From positions 1 through 29,205 of IMG/VR virus record IMGVR_UViG_3300020222_000131: a stretch of DNA of 29,205 bases. One strand, given 5' to 3'. Shown here piece after piece: positions 25,080-29,205 of this stretch. A program made the position numbers and the translations under genes. Each line of letters opens with the position of its first letter. Position 1 is the first letter of the stretch. The notes beneath the pieces were generated by a model. The model ran no database searches and was not told the DNA's origin. It worked only from the letters and a program-made list of their open reading frames with translations. This stretch comes from a virus. Lineage: Duplodnaviria; Caudoviricetes.

Positions 25080-26669
25080 TTATCTAGCCACCTGTGGGCT
25101 AAACCACCCTTTTCCTTGGGGTTTTATAGAATTTTTTATATCCTCTAAGGTTATCCTAAAGCCTTTATATACTGGTTTTATTTCAACTGGTTCTTCTCTG
25201 TATTTTAATTGCTCCTTTAAAACCCCTTCACAGGCAAGGGCAAGGGCTATAACATGGTCATCGTGTTCTGCCTCAAGATTTCCAAGTTGACCTAAACCTA
25301 CTTCTCCAAAACCCCTTAATTCATCTACAGTTACAGTAGAGAATAGAGTTAAAGAAGAGACCATTTTTTGAAGAAGGCCTATCAAAGGGTATTTTGTAAT
25401 AGATGAGGTTATGAACCCATAGTCAGCATCTTTTAAAATAGGAACTGGAGGAGTCTGGGCAGATTTACGAATCCTTCCTCTGTAGATTCTATAGAGATTC
25501 TCGTTATACGGTTTAGAGTCCTTAATACAACCAATTAAACTCCTTCCATGTTGGTTTGCCTCGGGTACAAGGAAGGCAATATTATACTCCTCCCCCAAGG
25601 AACTTACAACCTTTGCAAATTGAGGCGGGGATAGAGTATTAGTTCTATAAGAAAGGACTTCTTCTAAAGTTTCTACGCAAAGGCCTTCTATGACGGAATA
25701 ATCTCCACCTGTTCCCCCTGCCGTATCAATACCAAAGACATAATGAAGCTCCTTATTGGGGTGGTAAGAAAGGAGATTTAAAGAACCCACCCCTAAAGGA
25801 GGAGTAACCTTTACCCAGGCCGTTGAAGGTGTAACCTTAGGTTCTGGAAATAAGGAGCCTCCACTCACAAGGAACGCCTCTTCTACTGTGGAAGGGTATT
25901 CTTGACAAAAGAGAGTTGCCTCCCCCTCGAATTCTTCAATCTTTTCTCTCCTCCATTGAAGTTGACTTTCTGTTAGATTAAATTTATTCTTTAAGGAGGT
26001 TTCCTCCAAGGATAAAGGCATAGATAAAGGAGTTCTTGAGGAGTATTCTTTAAATATATACCATGGGTAGAATATTGGGTGGAATCTTGATACCCCACCC
26101 ATTGCCCTCATATATTGTTTATGATGTAGTGTTCCAAACCCGTTAGCTGTTGATTCTTTAAAAATTCTACCTGATTCATGTGGTACAGCTTGCATCAGGC
26201 CGGCCATTAAGGTTCTAGGTTCTCTCCAAAAGGCATACTCAGAGCAATGCAAGTGGGTTATTGTAGCACTTCTCCCGAATGTCTTTGAACCAGCAGTTCC
26301 GATGTAGAAAGTCGAGTATGTCTTTGGGAAGGAGATTTCTTGGTCATTTACTTTAGATAGAACTGGTTTCGGGCCTTTCATTAACTGGATAAAAAGTCTG
26401 CACCTTTGGAGAAGTTTCTCTGTATGATCCTTATCATGGGCAATCATAACAGCAACAGAATATTGGGTCATGCATTCTATTAAGAAATAAGCCATAATTA
26501 AAGAGGTTACCCCACCTTGACGGAATTTAAGGATGTCTAGAAGTTTATACTCTAGAATCTGGTCGTGAAGGTCTAGTTGAACATTATTCAAGACAAAAGG
26601 AACAATCTCCCCTTCTTTGTTTGGAATTCTAAATAAGGTTTCTATGACATCTTTAAAACTTTTACTCAA
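25080..26669 (-). CDS. terL: Terminase large subunit
   Basis: Walker A LKFRQGGVTS, Walker B LHCSE, coupling motif ESTANG, QEYP, nuclease GIDTAGG..GDYS, EANQHG, HDDHVIALALA. Confidence 0.95.
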   Translation of the reverse strand: MSKSFKDVIETLFRIPNKEGEIVPFVLNNVQLDLHDQILEYKLLDILKFRQGGVTSLIMAYFLIECMTQYSVAVMIAHDKDHTEKLLQRCRLFIQLMKGPKPVLSKVNDQEISFPKTYSTFYIGTAGSKTFGRSATITHLHCSEYAFWREPRTLMAGLMQAVPHESGRIFKESTANGFGTLHHKQYMRAMGGVSRFHPIFYPWYIFKEYSSRTPLSMPLSLEETSLKNKFNLTESQLQWRREKIEEFEGEATLFCQEYPSTVEEAFLVSGGSLFPEPKVTPSTAWVKVTPPLGVGSLNLLSYHPNKELHYVFGIDTAGGTGGDYSVIEGLCVETLEEVLSYRTNTLSPPQFAKVVSSLGEEYNIAFLVPEANQHGRSLIGCIKDSKPYNENLYRIYRGRIRKSAQTPPVPILKDADYGFITSSITKYPLIGLLQKMVSSLTLFSTVTVDELRGFGEVGLGQLGNLEAEHDDHVIALALACEGVLKEQLKYREEPVEIKPVYKGFRITLEDIKNSIKPQGKGWFSPQVAR

Positions 26670-27111
26670 TGTCTTCCTCTTTTGGGGATTCTAAAAGATT
26701 TTTATTCAACGGTATCTCATTCCCCTTTCTTAACTCCTGAATGATGTCTTCTGCAGAAAGCCTTAACTTCAATGATTCCTTTCCTGAGGATTTAAGCCAT
26801 AAAGCTGAGGCTGCAAGTCTAGAGTTCATATCTAGGCTAGATAACCCTGCTCTAATGGACGAGATAACTAGGCCATAAAGCCTCTGGAATTCTTCATCAA
26901 GCTCCTCCTGAATCCTTTTCATATACTCCTGAGATTCAGGTAGTGTAACCATCTTTGAGACTGCATTCGGGGTCAACTTATATTGCTCTGCAATCTCCTC
27001 CTGGGTAAACCCACAGGCATAAAGTCTCAAAGCCAACCTCTGCTTCGGAGACAAATGTTTCTCTTTCTTCTCCTCATTTGTAAGAGTTTCTTTATCTATT
27101 AAAGGTTCCAT
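26662..27111 (-). CDS. terS: Terminase small subunit (HTH)
   Basis: LSPKQRLALRLYACGFTQEEIAEQYKLTPNAVSK helix-turn-helix; directly upstream of and overlapping terL. Confidence 0.7.
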   Translation of the reverse strand: MEPLIDKETLTNEEKKEKHLSPKQRLALRLYACGFTQEEIAEQYKLTPNAVSKMVTLPESQEYMKRIQEELDEEFQRLYGLVISSIRAGLSSLDMNSRLAASALWLKSSGKESLKLRLSAEDIIQELRKGNEIPLNKNLLESPKEEDIE

Positions 27112-27117
27112 GATAAT

Positions 27118-27147
27118 AATTTATCATATATGTGATTAAGAAATCAA
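27118..27147 (-). promoter_or_regulatory. Putative sigma70-type late-operon promoter
   Basis: TTGATT-18 nt-TAAATT with extended TGn, 6 nt before the terS ATG. The AT-rich background lowers specificity. Confidence 0.35.
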
Positions 27148-27229
27148 ATGAAAAATGATGAAAAATAACGTTGAATTCAATCTTATTTTCTAAATTTTTT
27201 CTTGCATAGAGTGGGTGTCATCCCGATAT

Positions 27230-27264
27230 TTGATTTTCATTTTTTGGGGTATGTATTATATAAT
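27230..27264 (+). promoter_or_regulatory. Putative rightward sigma70-type promoter
   Basis: TTGATT(27230)-18-TATTAT or TTCATT(27236)-17-TATAAT(27259), upstream of the 27311 gene. Confidence 0.4.
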
Positions 27265-27310
27265 ATATAAAAATAATTTACACAAATGTGCGAAAGGGGG
27301 TGAGGAAGGA

Positions 27311-27508
27311 ATGAAAAAGCAAGAAACAACAGAAGAAAAGTTGCACAGGTTGGCAGAAATAGACAGAAAGGCAGAAGCGTACAACATAAAGTATAGGAAG
27401 CAGTTGATTGAACAAGCGTTGTACGTGACCAAGGCGAAGAGTGCAGGCATCAAAGTACATGAAAATGAGGTGGAGAAAATATACAAAATCAAATACCCTG
27501 AACAATAA
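27311..27508 (+). CDS. Small basic helical protein, monocistronic, divergent from terS
   Basis: Start at ATG 27311 (GAGGAAGGA RBS) rather than 27215; followed by a terminator. Confidence 0.65.
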   Translation: MKKQETTEEKLHRLAEIDRKAEAYNIKYRKQLIEQALYVTKAKSAGIKVHENEVEKIYKIKYPEQ

Positions 27509-27512
27509 ACAA

Positions 27513-27543
27513 ATGGGGGCAGTCAAATGCCCCCATCTTTTTT
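27513..27543 (+). terminator. Rho-independent terminator
   Basis: ATGGGGGCA-gtcaaa-TGCCCCCAT followed by CTTTTTT. Confidence 0.85.
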
Positions 27544-27900
27544 ATTCAAAACAAAGTAGAAAAGGTATATATATAAAATGAGGCAAAGAAAAGGCAAAAA
27601 TATTGCAAAAAAATGTAACAAAAACAATGAGTTAGCATTGTTATTCATTTTTAAAAAATACAATGAAAACAATGAGTTACAATATAAATTAAATTATATT
27701 TTTTTTTAAGACCATGTATATATATATATATATATAACCAATATATATATATAATACATATAATACATATATAGAAAAAAAAAATAATTTAATTTAAACA
27801 AAAAAACACAATAAAAACAATGAGTTGGATTGTTCAATATCAAATATAAACAATTTAAATATAATGTATAAACATTTTTTATAACAAAATAAAAAAGTAT
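27544..27900. other. Extremely AT-rich non-coding region (candidate replication origin or packaging/terminus region)
   Basis: Long A/T tracts, (TA)10 at 27717-27736, further AT repeats to about 27772, and three identical 13-mers. Confidence 0.6.
27621..27827 (+). repeat. Three direct repeats AAAACAATGAGTT
   Basis: Copies at 27621-27633, 27666-27678 and 27814-27826. Confidence 0.9.
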
Positions 27901-27948
27901 TTCAGGTGTCCAGTTGTCAAAAAATGGACGAAAGGAGGTGAAAAGAAA

Positions 27949-28137
27949 ATGAGTGAAAGAGAGGAACTGCAAGTTTCCCTGTCGTGGGAGGGATTAGACA
28001 TCCTCAGAAAAGCTCTTGAGGTCCTTAACCGACACGAAGGGATTTCAAAAGGGGAGTTTGTTGATTATGACAATATGTACTCTGTGTCTTGGTCACTGAA
28101 CGGAGTGACCGTAGAAACTATCCAGGAAAAAAGGTGA
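27949..28137 (+). CDS. Small early protein, paralog A
   Basis: AAGGAGGTGA RBS; clear similarity to 28238-28432. Confidence 0.8.
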   Translation: MSEREELQVSLSWEGLDILRKALEVLNRHEGISKGEFVDYDNMYSVSWSLNGVTVETIQEKR

Positions 28138-28151
28138 AAAAAAAGGCAGAA

Positions 28152-28194
28152 GTGAAAGGGACGGGGTCAATAAAACACATCCCGTCCTTTTTGC
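28152..28194 (+). terminator. Stem-loop / probable terminator between the paralogs
   Basis: AAAGGGACGGGGT...ATCCCGTCCTTTTT, 11-nt loop. Confidence 0.6.
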
Positions 28195-28237
28195 ATTTGT
28201 CCCTCATCTGAAGGCAAAAAAAGGAGGTGAGAAAGAA

Positions 28238-28432
28238 ATGGGTAATGGACAAGGAATGAAAATAGCCTTGGAATGGTGGGAAATGGATGTCCTGAGAAAA
28301 GCACTTGAGGATCTTAGAAAACACAGAAGAATTCAAGAGGGTAAGTGTCTCAATTATGATGACATGTATTCTGTGTCCTGGTCATCTGGTGGCGTGGTTA
28401 TAGAAACCTTTGAAAACCAAAAGACAATATGA
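28238..28432 (+). CDS. Small early protein, paralog B
   Basis: AAGGAGGTGA RBS; shares D.LRKALE.L..H..I..G....YD.MYSVSWS..GV..ET with paralog A. Confidence 0.8.
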   Translation: MGNGQGMKIALEWWEMDVLRKALEDLRKHRRIQEGKCLNYDDMYSVSWSSGGVVIETFENQKTI

Positions 28433-28451
28433 TTTTAAAAAAGGAGTTAAA

Positions 28452-28679
28452 ATGATTACCAACTTTCTAAAAACTAAAAGGTCGAAAAATGACCTTAAAA
28501 TTGCATTGGAAATCCTTCGTGAGTTTAAATCAAATGAAAGTACAGAGGAATGGGTAATGATTCCATTTGAAGCATGGGCAAAATTTGAACAATTTGAAGA
28601 GTTCCTTGCCCATTTAGTTGAAGGTGAACCACTTGAAGAAGACACGGTTGCCTATATGAAAGAAGGTAAAAAAGAGTGA
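28452..28679 (+). CDS. Hypothetical early protein
   Basis: AAGGAG RBS before ATG 28452 (preferred over TTG 28410); GTGA overlap with the next gene. Confidence 0.7.
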   Translation: MITNFLKTKRSKNDLKIALEILREFKSNESTEEWVMIPFEAWAKFEQFEEFLAHLVEGEPLEEDTVAYMKEGKKE

Positions 28680-29032
28680 AAAAGATACAAATACCAGCAA
28701 AGCATAAGAGTAGTTTAGAGAAAAGGTTTGATTATAGGAATAGGCACTACCTTCCAGGTGAAGAGGTAATAATTAACGAAAAGTGTAGCCTTTGCCTTGA
28801 GTATCAAGGCCTTTACGCCTGTCCTTTTTGTCCTTTTGATTATTTAAGAGAAGTAAAAACATCCAACATCAGGTTTGGTTGCTCTGTATTTGTAAGAGAA
28901 ATGTTGGGTTCACACCCTCACTTTCGATTGTCTTATGGAGACGTAGGGTGGTCATTAGCCTTTGACGAAATTGTCGAACTTGAACTCGAATGGTTGAAAA
29001 GAATGGCAAGTAAAAAGATTGAGTTTATTTAG
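28676..29032 (+). CDS. Cys-rich hypothetical protein (CxLC...CxxCP...C)
   Basis: CSLC, CPFCPF and GC; coupled to the upstream gene. Confidence 0.7.
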   Translation: MKKIQIPAKHKSSLEKRFDYRNRHYLPGEEVIINEKCSLCLEYQGLYACPFCPFDYLREVKTSNIRFGCSVFVREMLGSHPHFRLSYGDVGWSLAFDEIVELELEWLKRMASKKIEFI

Positions 29033-29048
29033 AAAAGAGGTAAAGAAA

Positions 29049-29205
29049 ATGCAAATAACATTAAGTCAAATAGGAATGTGGGCAGGATTTTGTAACCATG
29101 CCTTAGGCGACTATAATACAACAATGAAGGAAAAGAGCAAAAAAGGAAATAGGACAGGAGATTATTTCCTCTGCAGCATTTGTGGATTCAAAGTATGGAA
29201 GAAAG
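29049..29205 (+). CDS. Putative zinc-finger protein, truncated at window end
   Basis: GAGG RBS; MQITLSQIGMWAGFCNH...YFLCSICGFKVWKK, open to the edge. Confidence 0.55.
   Translation, partial: MQITLSQIGMWAGFCNHALGDYNTTMKEKSKKGNRTGDYFLCSICGFKVWKK

Noticed and set aside
515-27111. Genome-wide TGA or TAG reassignment
   Set aside because: Long genes are intact under code 11 and several end in TGA or TAG at tight gene junctions. Only one internal TGA was found.
27621-27827. CRISPR mini-array
   Set aside because: Repeats are only 13 bp with irregular spacing (45 and 148 nt) and low-complexity intervening DNA.
28140-28237. c-di-GMP-I riboswitch-like words (GGCA...GAAA...GGGACG)
   Set aside because: The P2 stem, GCAAA and P3 elements are absent; a simple hairpin explains the sequence.
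27256-28645. Minus-strand ORFs 27256, 27278, 27706, 28118 and 28382
   Set aside because: F/Y/I/L-rich translations of AT-rich DNA, or antisense to RBS-supported plus-strand genes.

Overview
This window is almost entirely a low-GC, CpG-poor tailed-phage genome segment with short-tail (podovirus-type) architecture. From 27111 down to 515 a tightly packed minus-strand late operon encodes: terminase small and large subunits, a degenerate PurD-like ATP-grasp protein, a large polyvalent-type protein, portal, an FmdB-type Zn ribbon, scaffold, major capsid, decoration proteins, an embedded lysis cassette (M15 endolysin, holin-like and membrane proteins), tail/adaptor/nozzle/fibre genes, and four probable ejection proteins. 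At the left edge, the 3' end of a QueE-like gene suggests 7-deazaguanine DNA modification. At the right, an extremely AT-rich region with IHF-like repeats precedes small plus-strand early genes, including a tandem paralog pair. The most striking observation is an ORF missing from the supplied track (14923-15156, minus strand) between endolysin and holin. It has an in-frame TGA followed by a hairpin with bacterial SECIS geometry, making it a candidate phage selenoprotein or programmed readthrough product, although a nonsense mutation is not excluded. All product calls come from motif recognition and synteny by eye; no database search was run.
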